Source: the human T2T-CHM13v2.0 reference genome, Homo sapiens
NCBI RefSeq assembly: GCF_009914755.1
Contig: NC_060929.1
Length of the DNA stretch: 64,000 nt
Strand: one strand, 5' to 3'
Shown here: piece by piece, positions 44,901 to 60,317 of the stretch
Layout: the number at the start of each line of letters is the position of its first letter
Position numbering within the stretch: the first letter of the stretch is position 1
Translations under genes and position numbers: made by a program
The notes under the pieces: generated by a model
What the model saw: only the letters and a program-made list of their open reading frames with translations
Database searches by the model: none
What the model was told of the DNA's origin: nothing

Positions 44901-47900
44901 GTTAGGTTTTTGTTTTTGTTTTATACCAGCTATTTCCTCCTTCAGCTCCTGTACTGCTTTATTGTGATCCTCATTTCCTTGGGTTGGGTTTTGCTCTTCT
45001 CCTGAATCTCAATGATCTTTTTCCTACTAATATTCTGAAATCTATTTCTGTCATTTCAGCCAGCTCAACCTGGTGAAGAACTCTTGTTGGAGAACTGGTG
45101 CAGTCATTTGAAGGACATACGATATTCTGGCCATTTGCGTTACCAGAGTTTGTGCATTGATTCTTTCTTGTATCTGTGTGTGTGTTTTCCATTAACTGCA
45201 CTGTAGATTGAGTACAGTCTATGGACTTTTCCTCTGCGTATTTTCACTGGCCTGAAGCTTTGTGCAGGGTCTTTATTTGAAACTGACTTCTTATCTATGG
45301 TTTCAAAGGGGGAACATATTGGTAAAGTATTTTGATGTTGAAGCTCTGGTGTGTGATCCAGTAGGTGTCATTTAGGTTTAGTGGTCAATTGGTGGACTCA
45401 TACTCAGTTATGTGGCTCCCCTATTTTTCCTCACAGTTGCAGCCATGTTCCCTCCCAATGCTCTGAATGTGTGAGTTTCTCTACCCCTTGAGTGCTGGCT
45501 GTAGATCACAGCCTGGTATTTCTGGGCTGCCCACTGCAGCTCTGGGGTAATCTCAGTGTTTATGTTTCTTCCCCAGTTTGGAGGCAGCAGAGGAAAGGAA
45601 CTTAGTAGTGATTGTGGCCCAGAGTCTTTTGCTTTTCTCCTGAGAACTCCACCCCAGAGAGGTGCAGGTCAGCAATTGTTCAATGCAATCAGCAAAGCAT
45701 GGAGGATTTGTACTGTGGACACAAGCCAGAAGTTTCATGTCTGATGATGAGCAGTTGGGGGTGTTGGAAACATGTGAGATGGACTGGCCTCCTCTCCCTA
45801 GGTTGACTGCAGGTTGTTGGAAGTGTGGATAAGGCACTTAGGATCTCTGATCCCTTATTAGTCCAAGTGTAACCAGGGCAGTTCCACTGCAGAGACAGTA
45901 GCAAAGAGGCTTTCAGTTGCCCTTGGAGGCTCTGCCCAAGGAGTTGACAAGTTGCTACTAGTTTGATATCTCTGGTGAAGGGTGGCAGAAGGCCCAGGCC
46001 TAGAGGACCTGTCAAGTGAGGAGATAGGGAAATGAGCACCAATGTAACAGCCTAACCACTTTTCCATAGGGCTGCTGTAGTTTGCTGGCGGCCCACTGCG
46101 GTCCCTAGTCACCTCGGATTTTCTAGTACCTGGAGGTATCACCAGTGAAGGTTAAGAAACAGCAAATATGGCAGCTCGTCACTCCCTCTGGGAGCTCCAT
46201 CCAAGGGATATAGAGAATTGTTGCTGGCCCAACCCCACCTGTAGGAGGTGGCTGGAGAACCCAGCTGGGAGGTCCTGCCCAGTGAGAAGGAACGGGATCA
46301 GACCCACTGACAAAAGCAGTGATATAGTTTGACTCTGTGTCCCCACCCAAATCTCATTTTAAATTGTAATCCCCACATATTGAGGGAGGGTCCTATAATC
46401 ACTACATGTTAAGTAAGGAAAGTGATTGGAGCATAGGGGCACTTTCCCCTTTGCTGTTATTTTCATAGTGAGTTCTCACGAGATTTGATGGTTTTATAAA
46501 TGGCAGTTTTCCCTGCCTTCCTCAATTCTCTCCTGCTACCTTGTGAAGAAGGTGCCTGCTTCCCCTTTTGCCATGATTATAAGTTCCCTGAGTCCTCCCC
46601 AGCCAGGCGGAACTGTGAGTCCATCAAACCTCCTTTGTTTATAAGTTACTCAGTCTCAGATGGTATCTTTATAGCAGTGTGAAATGGACTAATACAGTAA
46701 ATTGGAACAAGTAGAGTAGGGTACTGCTATAAAGATAACCTGAAAATGTGGAAGCAACTTTAGAACTGGGTAAAGGCAGAGGTTGGAGAAGTTTGGAGGG
46801 CTCAGAAGGAGACAAGAAGATGTGGGAAAGTTTGAAACTTCCTAGAGACTTGCTCAATGGTTTCGACCAAAATGCTGATAGTGACATGGACAATGATGTC
46901 TAAGTTGAGGTGGTTTCAGATGAAGATAAGAAACTTATTAGGAACTGGAGCAAAGGTCACTGTTGCTATGCTTTGGCATAGAGACTGGCAGCATTTTGCC
47001 CCTGCCCTAGAGATCTGTGGAACTTTGAACTTGAGAGAGATAATTTAGGGTATCTAGCAGAATAAATTTCTAAGCAGTAAAGTGTTCAAGAGGTGACAAG
47101 CATAAAATAGTGGAAAATTTGCAGCCTGACCATGTGGTAGAGAAGAAAAACCAATTTTCTGGGGAGAAATTTAAGCCAGCTACAGAAATTTGCATAAGTA
47201 ACCAAGACAATGTTAATCACCAAGACAATGAGGAAAATGTCTCCATGGCATGTCAGAGACCTTGGTCGCAGCCACTCCTATCACAGGCCTGGAGGCCTAG
47301 GAGGAAAAACTGGTTTAACGGGCTGGGCTCAGGCCCCACTGCTGTGTACAGTGTCTGGACTTGGTGCTCTGCATCCCAGCTGCCCCAGCTCCGGCTATGG
47401 CTAAAAGGGACCAAAGTACAGCTCAGGCCATTGCTTCAGAGGGTACAAGCCCCAGGCTTTGATGGCTTCCACCTGGGGTGGGGACTCCAGTTGTGCAGGA
47501 GTCAAAAACTGAGGTTTGGGAAACTCTGCCTGGATTTCAGAGAATGTATGGAAATGCCTGGATGTCCAGACAGAAATCTGCAACAGGGGCAGAGCCCTCA
47601 TGGAGAACCTCTGCTAGGGTGATGCGGAAGAGAAACATGGGATCAGAGCCCCTACATAATTCCTACCGGGGCATGGCCTAGTGGAGCCATGAGAAGATTT
47701 TCATCATCCTCTAGACACCAGAATGGTAGATCCACTGACTCTTTGCACCATGTACCTGGAAAAGCCACAGACACTCAACACCAGCCTGTGTAAGCAGATC
47801 AGAGAGGAAATATACCTTGCACATCCACAGGGATAGAGCTGCCCAAGGCCATGGGAGCCCACCTCTTACATCATCATGACCTGTATGTGAGATATTGAGT

Positions 47901-49095
47901 CAAAGAAGATCATTTTGAAACTTTAAGGTTTAATGACTGCCCTATTGGATTTCAGATTGCATGGGGCCTGTAGCCTCTTCATTTTGGCCAACTTCTCCAA
48001 CTTGAAATGGGTGTATTTACCCAATGCCTTTACCCCCATTGTATCTAGGAAGTAACTAGCTTGCTTTGATTTTACAGGATCATAGGTGGAAGGGACTTGC
48101 CTTGTCTCAGATGAGACTTTGGACTCGGACTTTTGAGTTAATGCTGGAATAAGTTAAGACTTTCGGGTACTGTTGGGAAAGAATGATTGATTTTGAAATG
48201 TATAAAGTATACGAAATTTGGGAGGGGCGAGGGGATATAAAATGGCTTGGTTCTGTGTCCCCACCCAAATCTCGTCTTAAATGGTAATCCCCATATGTCG
48301 AGGGAGGGAAATAATTGGATCATGGGGTCAGTTCCCCCATGCTGTTCTCATAACAGTGAGTGAGTTCTCATGAGATCTGATGATTTTATAAATGGCAGTT
48401 GCCCCTGCCCTCCTGAATTCTCTCCTGCCACCTTGTGAAGAAGGTACCTGCTCCCCTTTCTGTCACGATTATAAGTTTCCTGAGGCCTCCCCAGCCAGGT
48501 GGAACTGTGAGTTGATCAAACCTCATTTGTTTATAAATTGCCCAGTCTCAGATGGTATCTTTATAGCAGTGTAAAAACAGACTAATGTACTGGCCATGGT
48601 TTCACAGTGTAGCTATGCTGTGCTGGGGGTCCAGTTCAGCCCTTAGTCATCTTGGACACTCCAATCCCCAAAGGCTAGAAAGGTGAAGTCACCGAAATAG
48701 CAAAGATAGTGGCCCACCCTTTCTTCTGGAAGCTCTATCTCAGGGAGATTTGAACCTCTGTCAGCTGGAGAACACTGGTGGGGGTAGCTGGAGACCCTAG
48801 TTGTGAGGCCCCACCCAATGATGAGAAATGAGATTGGAGACCCACTTTAAAAAGCAGTTTGGTCACATTTTTGTAGAGCAGTGTGCTGTGCTGGGGTACC
48901 ATTTCTACCTCTGGTTGGCTTAAACCCTCCAAAGCCTGAACGCTGAAACAGCTAAGTTGCCCAAGCAGCAAAGATGGCAGCCTGCCCATCTCTCTGGGAG
49001 CTCCATCTCAAGGGGGTTTCAAATCTCTGTTGGCAGGAGAACACCAGCAGGTGTGTCTGGAGGTCCTAGTTGGACTGTCCTGCCCAACAAGGGGG
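41975..49095 (-). mobile_element. L1PA12/13-like element (3' end, ORF2, ORF1, repeated 5' UTR) with internal deletions, interrupted by THE1D
   Basis: 3' end TTTTAACTTTTATTTTAGGT...ACCCAATAGTTAT, antisense ORF2/ORF1 landmarks to about 45200, GC-richer 5' UTR that rejoins across THE1 as AAAAGCAGT/CTGGCCA. Confidence 0.85.
46320..48589 (+). mobile_element. Two-LTR THE1D-type MaLR element (LTR 46320-46696, internal 46697-48237, LTR 48238-48589)
   Basis: Two direct LTRs (parallel 60-aa ORFs at 46500 and 48392), THE1-int start GTAAATTGG, polypurine tract GGGAGGGGCGAGGGG before the second LTR. Confidence 0.93.
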
Positions 49096-49459
49096 TATCT
49101 TTTTACATATAAGAAATGCAAATAGGTTTTACTTAAGGAATATTAAACATTTTCATTGTATTGGAAAATTGTGTTTGTTTTATCTATGCTTTCAGTTTGA
49201 AATGGGAATAAAGTAATATGATTGCATATTATGTGCCATATGTAGCAAGAACTCATAGGATTCTCAAAATATTTCCGGAACAAGAAAATATACATTGATA
49301 TCCACATGAAAAATATGTAGAGTGATTATGGCAGTGGATTGGATTTCAGATTTTTTAATAAAAATGAGAGTATTATTAAAATAATTATGAAAGTAATTAT
49401 GTTATTATAAAAATAAATCTTAAAAAGATAAATTACTGGAGTCTGTATAAGTATATATT

Positions 49460-49478
49460 TGTGTGTGTGTGTGTGTGT
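49460..49478. repeat. (TG)n microsatellite
   Basis: Direct reading. Confidence 0.9.
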
Positions 49479-49950
49479 ATGATGTATTTTTTTAAAGAAC
49501 TTATTTATGATTCTCTATGCCTGAAATAGGATAGCCATGCATCTTTCCATAAAGTTTTATGTTAATAAAAGTGAAATGGTCAACTCTAACTAGCTGATGT
49601 GATTTCTGCTTCTAATTTGTTGTCAAGATAGAATGAAAAATCTTCATGTTGCAAAATTAGTAGATATTATATAAAATATTAACCTCTTTATTTTAAAATA
49701 TTTGGCAAACTCACAGAAAGCAAGAGAGTTCCCCAAAGGCTTACAAACAACAACAGAAACAACTATGAGCTAAAAACAGATGGGTGGAACCAGAAGACCA
49801 AATGCCAGTACTGGGCACATGATACACGTTTATAGTTATGTGAAGAATGGGGAGTTAGGCTTTAAATCACTGTGAGGTGAACAATTAAAATCAAGATAAC
49901 CTAGATAAAAGTTGGGTCATTGTATGAGGAACAACCTAATAACAAGGAGA

Positions 49951-50363
49951 TGATATAGTTTGCATATGTGTTCCTGCGCAAATCTCATGCTGTATTGTAA
50001 TGCTCAATATTGGAGGTAGGGCCTGGTGGGAAGTGACTGATCATGGGGTAGATTTCTCAGGAATGATTTAGCACCATCCTCTTGATACTGTCTTCACAAT
50101 GGTGATGAGTCCTCAGAAGGTCTGGTCGTTTACAAGTGTGTGACACTTCTCGCTTCTCCCTCTTCCTCCTGCTTTTACAATGTGACATTTTGTTCCCATT
50201 TTGTCTTTTGCCATGATTGGAAGCTTCCTGAGGCCTTCCCAGAAGCAGGTGCTGCTGTGCTTTCCATACACTATGCAGAACTGTGTGCCAATTAAACAAA
50301 TTTTCTTTATAATTATGCAGTCTCACGTATTTCTTTATAGCAATGCGCAAATAAACTAACACA
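49951..50363 (+). mobile_element. MSTA/MSTB-type MaLR solo LTR
   Basis: TGATATAGTTTG...CTAACACA; perfect TSD GGAGA at 49946-49950 and 50364-50368. Confidence 0.92.
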
Positions 50364-50519
50364 GGAGAGTTGCAAAAACATCAACCTTTCGGAAAATGTC
50401 TTCAACAATAAAACCTCTATTCTCTGGACTTTAGAAAACTGAGATGAAAACACAATAATTATTTTTCCTGAGAAAATCTAAGATGAGACATTAAAACAAT
50501 ACTTCAAAAACATAAATAA

Positions 50520-50880
50520 TGGTATCATCATATGATGGACTATTATATAGCCATCAGCTTTAAAAAATTGTTGCTCCACATGACAGCATAGCCGAATATG
50601 GTGAAAATAATCTTAAAAAAAAGAATACCACCACAAAAGGTTGTGCTTTACATTATTTAGTGTTTTGAAGTTTGAGTTATGGCAAAACAATTTGTTCATT
50701 GTCAGAAGAAGGGTTGTATTGAAGGGTGGTAATGACTGGGAAGCACAAAAGCAACTGCTGATCTGCTGAAAATATTACATTTATTGATTTGGATGCTGAT
50801 TACACAGGAAAATTTAATTTATTAAAATCCATTCACATGGATCTTTATGATCTTTACATGTCAGTCTACATATTACTCTT
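50520..50880 (+). mobile_element. L1ME-type 3' end fragment
   Basis: ATGGACTATTATATAGCC...TGACTGGGAAG...TTGATTTGGATGCTGATTACACAGG. Confidence 0.55.
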
Positions 50881-51254
50881 CTCTAAAGCTTCTGCTTAAA
50901 TTAAAAAAAAAGTCTTAAACATAAGTTGTGGTCTAAGTGATCTTCTTTCATATGGTACCACTAAATCCACTGAAGATGAATATGTTTCTGTCTTTGGAGT
51001 TCCACTGTCTACTCTGCTCAACCTGCAGCAGTGGTTTGGGTTCAGATCAATTAAACTCATAACACAGGGTTTTTTAAGTTGACTTAGTTTTAAGAAATAA
51101 TTTAAGACAGGCAATGATGCAGCATTCAAAGCCATAGTATAGCAGGATATTTGAGATTCTGTAGTGCAAATCCCAATGTCCTAACTTGATAATTTGACAT
51201 GCGGTCATGGTAAATAAGGTGAGTATTTGTCCACACATATTGGAGATATTTTAG

Positions 51255-51975
51255 ACTGGCTATGTAAGTCAACTCAGATTTGGCCACTCAACATTTGCAA
51301 AAATAACTAACAAGGATGAAGTATGGTGGAATAAAAGTGACTTTATTTACGAAATTTAGCAGTGGGGAAGTGTTCCAGGCTACTGTCTAAAGAAACAATT
51401 TCAAATTTTGGGGCAGAATGCAAGGGTTTAAAAAGGCAAGTTTGGGCCAGGCATGGTGGCTCACGCCTCTAATCTTAGTGCTTTGGGAGACAGAGCGGGA
51501 GAATCACTGGACACCAGGAGTTTGAGGCTGTAATCAGCTATGATTTTGCCACTGCACTGCAGCCTGGGGAACAGAGCAAGACCTTGTCTCAAGAACAAAA
51601 AAAAAAAAAAGAGTTTGAAATGAAGGGCATGTAGGAGAGACAAGGCAGTTTAGGTCTATGTGACTTATTCCAATTACTTATCTTGAATTATTGCCCCATC
51701 TGATGAATGGGCTAATGCCATCTTGGACCTGAGCAGGTTGTAAATTCATCATATGCTTGAAATAATCTCTTGGGGCGGGGGGGATTTCCATAGGCACCTG
51801 TATTATCTCAAGATTAGGGCTCTGGAACTCTAAGCAAGCATATGATTACATAAAGTAGCAATATAAGGGAGTATCTGGTGGAAATGAAAGTAAAGGTTAC
51901 TGCCTCATTTAGCACAAAGCATGAAAGGAGGAAGGGGAAAAAAGAAAACACTTTAAAATAGGGTACTCAGTTACA
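51255..51975 (-). mobile_element. ERV1-class LTR (LTR39-like, tentative) interrupted by an Alu monomer
   Basis: Minus strand starts TGTAACTGAGTACCC; antisense poly(A) signal TTTATT near 51342; left boundary approximate. Confidence 0.55.
51445..51610 (+). mobile_element. Monomer-length Alu (AluJ arm hybrid or FRAM)
   Basis: About 145-bp body plus A tail; AGTTTG shared on both flanks. Confidence 0.85.
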
Positions 51976-52650
51976 GTTAGAATGTCCCTGCCTGTATGTG
52001 CTTGTAGTGTGAGCCTCCAGGTCACCTGATTACTGTCCTTTAATTTGATCAGATTTTCTTTCTCTTTCAACTGTGTATGTCCAGTTTCCTTGGAAATAGT
52101 TACCTCTAGTGTCCCTCTTATACCCAAAGTGAGTTGCCAGAAAAGTCCTTTCCATTTCTAGTTTACATCAAATCTGCTTTCCATGGTCACAAGAACACCT
52201 TACTGCATTGAGGCCAGCATTGGTTGAGTCATCAAAAGTGCTGAGTACTTGTTGTAATGGTGAAATTCAAGTAAATTATAAGCAACTTCAAGTAATGTGG
52301 CACAAAGGCAATTGTTAAAGGATCATGTTCAGAGGTTTCAAGATGCATTTTGTTCAACATGCAAAAATTGTTTCCCATAATTGTCCTTTCTGGAGTTCTA
52401 GGGGCAAATAATCACTGATCTTTAGCTACTATATCACACTAATATTAGTTCTTTTAGACATTATTCTAATGTATTGAATAGCAATTTCTATAATTTTTCA
52501 TGTACACTTCTATCTGATCTAATCAAGAGAACAAAGCAGAATCTGATACAGAAGCAGGCAGTTGGTAAATTTAACTGTTGGGCAGGGCCCTCTTTTTCAG
52601 CCCCATTAGTTAACCATGCTCAGCCAGTAATATGTGCCTTTCCCATTTTA

Positions 52651-53007
<357 letters not shown>

Positions 53008-53344
53008 TAAGAAAAAATACATCAAGTCATCACTATAATTAATCCATTTTATTTTGACAGTAATCAAATTTAAATCTAGTTACAGAATATTAGTTCAATA
53101 CATTTGAGAATATAGATACCCTGAATAAGAGGGTTGTTATGATTATCACAGCACTGTCTATGTAAAAGTGATTATTTTCTTTTTCTTTACTTTCAAGGTC
53201 AATAATATAGAAAGAATTAACTAAGTCTACAGGGAAATAGTAATCGCTTCAGGCTTTGGAACTTTCTACAACTTTCATCATGTCCAACAATGTGGAGGGT
53301 AAAATGCCTGAAATTATTATAGCCACAATAGTTAACAGTTAGTG

Positions 53345-53846
53345 TCTATGAGCCATTTAGGTTTTTCACAGAGCTGATAGAACTGAAGTAAACCATTTTG
53401 GTGGAGATTAATGTATTTTATATGCTAATGAGATGGCTGGTAGCTGAGGGTCCCTACATGGCCTCAGGATAGGAGCTTGTTGTCGGGAGTACCATCCCTG
53501 TGATTAGAGGTTTGGAACTTTCAGTCCCACTGCCCGCCTCCTTGGAGGGGAGAGGGGCTGAAGGTTGAATTAATCACCAATGGTTCATAATGTAATTAAT
53601 CAAACTCATATAATAATACCTCCATAGAAACCCAGAAGGACTGAGTTGAGAGCTTCTACATAGCTAAATAATTGGAGGTTCCTTGAGAGTGGCACAGCTA
53701 CCCAGAGAGGGCATAGAAGCTCTTCTTCCTTTTTTCCATACCTTGCCTCATGGATCTCTTTCATCTGGCTCTTCATCTGTAACTTTTGCAGTACAGGGTT
53801 AATGTGAGTAAACAGTTTTCTTGAGTTCTCTGAGCTACTCTTGCAA
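53345..53846 (+). mobile_element. MER21-family LTR fragment
   Basis: TATGCTAATGAGATG...GTGATTAGAGGTTTGGAACTTTCAG...GGAGGGGAGAGGGGCTGAAGGTTGA. Confidence 0.8.
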
Positions 53847-54182
53847 AGAGAAAAGATAGCATATATTCATCCAAAGAGTTGTACATAAATGTTCATAGCA
53901 GCATCATTCTTGATACTAAAATACAGAACATTTGAACTATCAACTAGTAAATGAACAAATTGTAGCATACATATACTATATAAGGCTAACAAAAAAACAA
54001 CTAAATATTTTAAAACATTATGGTATATGAAAGAAATTGAACAGAATATACTTAAATTATATGATTATATTTACAGTAGTATCTCCTTATCTGAGGGGGA
54101 TACATTCCTAGACTCTCAGTGGATGCCTGAAACCACAGATAGTACTAAACTCTATATACTCTGTGGGTTTTTTAATACATAC

Positions 54183-55175
<993 letters not shown>

Positions 55176-56879
55176 ATACATACCTATGATAAAGTTTAAT
55201 TTATACATTTGGCATAGTAAGAGATTAACAATAATAACTAACAATATAATAGAACAGTTGAAACATTATATTGTAATAGAGGTTAGGGGAATGTGATCTC
55301 TCTCACCCAAAATATCTCATTGTAGTTTTGATCTTAGCAACCTCAGCACAAGATGTTTCTCCTTTCCTTAAATGGAGAACTTCCACTGTTTCACTTAAAG
55401 GACACATTTTACTGCATCTCTTTAGAATATTGGTTCAAATTGTCAGCGTCACTCCTCTTGGGCTTTAGGGCCTTTATTAAATATAATTGAAAAGAACCTT
55501 CAAAGCAGACACTAAAATACTGCAATGGTCAATCTGATAACCAAGAAGTCTCCTTTGTGACTAACTGGCCGGTAGCATCTATAAACCACATATGCTGGAC
55601 AAAGGGATAATTCATGTCCTGAGAGAAACAGGGCAGGATGGCGAGAGATTTCATGAGTCTACTCAGAACAATGCACAATTAAAATACATAAATTATTTAT
55701 TTCTAGCATTTCCCATTTAATATTTTAAGGCCAAAGTTGGCTGATGATAACTGAATCCCCAGAAACGGAAACTGCAGATAAGAGGGGATTACTGTATATT
55801 AAATTCTAGGGGAAAAAACCTATAGCAATTAAAAAAAAAATCAGTGGTTGTGTCGGGCAGGAACAGGGGAAAAATTCAAACACAAAGGGACTGGAGGAAA
55901 TTTCTTGGAGCATCGTTTATGTTCAGTATCTCCATTCTGGTGATAGTTTCATGATTGAATAAAATCACGAAAACTTATCAATCTGAATACCTTAAAGAGA
56001 GATTTCTTGGTATGTAAATTCTACCTCTACAAAACTGGCAAACAAAACAAAACTAAACTAAAATGGACTCTGCTCTGCTGAAAAGCATTTTTCTGACTTT
56101 TGAATGTCTTTTGGAGTGACTTGGCTGGCACGGCCCTTCGTGTTTTGACCCCTGCTCTCCTCTGAGTGTGTCACCCATGAGTTAGTTTCCTGCTCCGTCT
56201 GCTGCATCAGCTTCTCCCACCTTAATAAAGATTCAGTGGTTTCTCGTCTCTTAGTTTTCTTCCACCAGGAACATGTTGCTCCTTCTCTGCCACTTTGCTT
56301 AGCTAGCTGATATGCAACCTTTAGGTATTGAATAAATTTGAAATAACTCTGTAAGGGAAAACTCCCATGATCAAATTGATTTAGGCTTCTGATAATCTGT
56401 TCTCAAAATACATTGTACCAAAAAGTTTTCACACTCATTCTAATGGCTGTATTTATTCAATATTTTTCCCACTCTGGTTAGATGTTAGCATTTATCATTC
56501 AGAGACAATGTCTTTTTTGTTCATGGTCTTATGCAGTAGAGACCCCAGTGAAAAGTAAGTTCTGAAATGTATGTTAAGTAAATTTCTTTATTAGATAAAT
56601 AAGTTGCAATTGGAATCCTATTTGGTAGGTCTGCCATAGTAAGATACCACAGACTGGGGGACTTAAACAAGAGAAATTTATTTTCTGAGTTCTGAGGGCT
56701 AGAAGTTCAAGATCAAGATGCCAGCAGGTTTGTTTCTTTTAAGGCATTCTACTGAGCTTGCAAATAAGCACCCTTGGCCTGCTTCTTCACATGGGTTTTC
56801 CTTCAGTGTAGACATATGATTGAGTAAAATCATATGATGTCTACATGTGATGTCTACAGGTGTTTTTTTTGTGTATACA

Positions 56880-57523
<644 letters not shown>

Positions 57524-59619
57524 AAATTCCTTCTTCTTCTTTTTTTATTTTTCTTTTAGACTGAAGTCAGATTTGTTTATGGTTTTCTCTACCAGCCTCA
57601 TTTTAACTAAATTCCCCCTTTGAAGGCCATGTGTGCAAATAGAATTGCGTTCTGGGATACTGAGTGTTAGGGCTTCAGCATATCAATCTGAAGGGGATGC
57701 ACATTCTGTCCATAACGTCTGGAAAATGAAACCAAATACAGATAGTGCCTCACACAGTGGCATGTTTTTTTCTCAAAAACCTTCCTTGAGATTGAGTTAT
57801 TTTGGACATGGATAATTCCCATTTCCCTTTCCATCTGTCTGTAGCTAATAGCCTGGCATTTAGTTGAGAATGAAAAAAAAAGTTTAAATTTAGTTGTATT
57901 AAACTAAGTGCAAGGACAAAAAAATGAGCTAATTTATCATTAACTAATTGATGTTTAAGCACCACATAGAAATTCTTAGTACACTTATTATGTAAAATGC
58001 CCACAAAACTTAAAAGAGAAACCAGCAACCTCTCTGTGATGGCCCTTTGAGTCTTGACAGTTTTCCATTCATCTTCTTATTCAAAAGTATCTGACTTGGG
58101 TATTTTCAGTGGTGCAGTCCTTAATTTTCTGACTTGGACTTTGCGGTGAAATAATGAGGACAGGTGAAAATCACCAGAATTGCCATAGAGAAAGTACTCA
58201 AACCAACTTTATTTTTTAAGGTGAACTTTTAAAAATTAATCAAGTCTTAGGTAATTCGTGGTGTTTGCTCAGCAATAGTAAGTTGGGATTATTTCTAGAA
58301 CGAATTGCTCATTTTATTATTTCTTCAAAACCAGAATATATATTTATGCCAGCTATTTCAACCATATGGAAAACAGATAAAATATGTCCTACAGGTGTAG
58401 GTTTTACCTATTAGTACTCTTTACACAACTTCAAAATATTTAAGTTGTAGCTACACATACAGGATAAATTAAATCAGATTTTTGAGAATACTTAACATCT
58501 CCCAGAAGTTGAAGATTGTTTGATCATTTTTGGAATATAAAATCATGATGAAAGCTGATGTGATATGGTTTCAAATAAGTATTTATAGCATGAATAAATA
58601 AACTCAAAACATGTGCTACTCTTTGTGAATCAGGCAACAATTACAGATGTCTTACACCTGCAATCTCAGCACTTCGGGATTCATAAAAATTGATTCTTTA
58701 AATAAATTAAATATTTTACTGTATATATTTTAAAAATGTTAAACATTGAGAAGTGTAAAAACTAGGTTTATCTCTTTAAAGTATTAGTATATGTGTCTTT
58801 TAAAACAATTGAGAAACCATGAATGTTTGTCTACTTAGAGAAAGACTCTTAATAGGGTTTTGTAGGGATTTTTGGTTGTCATTCCAAGATTGATTAAAAA
58901 ATTTGAATTGTCTCACACTTTTTGTTTAAGCAACATTTTTTGAGCCAGAGTAGATGCATTAACCTTTCTCAATTAAAACGATTAAAACATGCCCTACGTA
59001 TTTTAATTTCCTTTTCCCTCTCTCATCAAAAGAGATCATTTAGATGACCTAGACAAGTTATTTTGTAATATGGAGGGATTATGGGGTTGGAACAAACTAA
59101 TGTTGCAGGGAAAGACTATATGATCATTCCCATGGCATGAAATCAGTTGCTGCAGGCACTATTCAGTAGTCATGGTATTTCAAAAGGAGCCCTTGGCATG
59201 CCCATCTCCCTAGTATGGTTCTTGATCTTAAGGAATTTATAGACCAGAATTAAAATCCGTTGTCACAGAGGGATTAATAATTGTGAGTAGTGTTATAAAA
59301 GAACAAATAAACAATTCTCCAACAGCTAAAACAATTATTTTATATAAAACCAATGATTAGAACAAAATAGAATAAAAAGGTGTCATTTCTGTTGGGCTGC
59401 TTTGGTCTACTTGATCTCCAGGTCCCAGTTCATTAGTCAGAAAGTTGTCACAGATCAAAAGCCATGGCTGTCATGGGGCTCACTTCATTAGTTTTGCTTT
59501 TCTCAGTGATAGTAAGTAGCCTGTGGCAACTTACCTAATGATTCAATGGAAACTTTTGCCTTAGAGGATTAATAATTTATACTGTGATTTCAGTGTCCTG
59601 TTTAAGAAATCTTTTTTTC

Positions 59620-59925
<306 letters not shown>

Positions 59926-59954
59926 AGATTTTTTTTTTTATTTAATGGTTTTAG

Positions 59955-60317
<363 letters not shown>

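Noticed and set aside
47110-47622. 170-aa ORF
   Set aside because: Lies wholly in THE1 internal sequence, non-ATG start, no recognisable domain.
46500-48574. Two similar 60-aa ORFs suggesting paralogous small genes
   Set aside because: They are the same region of the two LTRs of one THE1D element.
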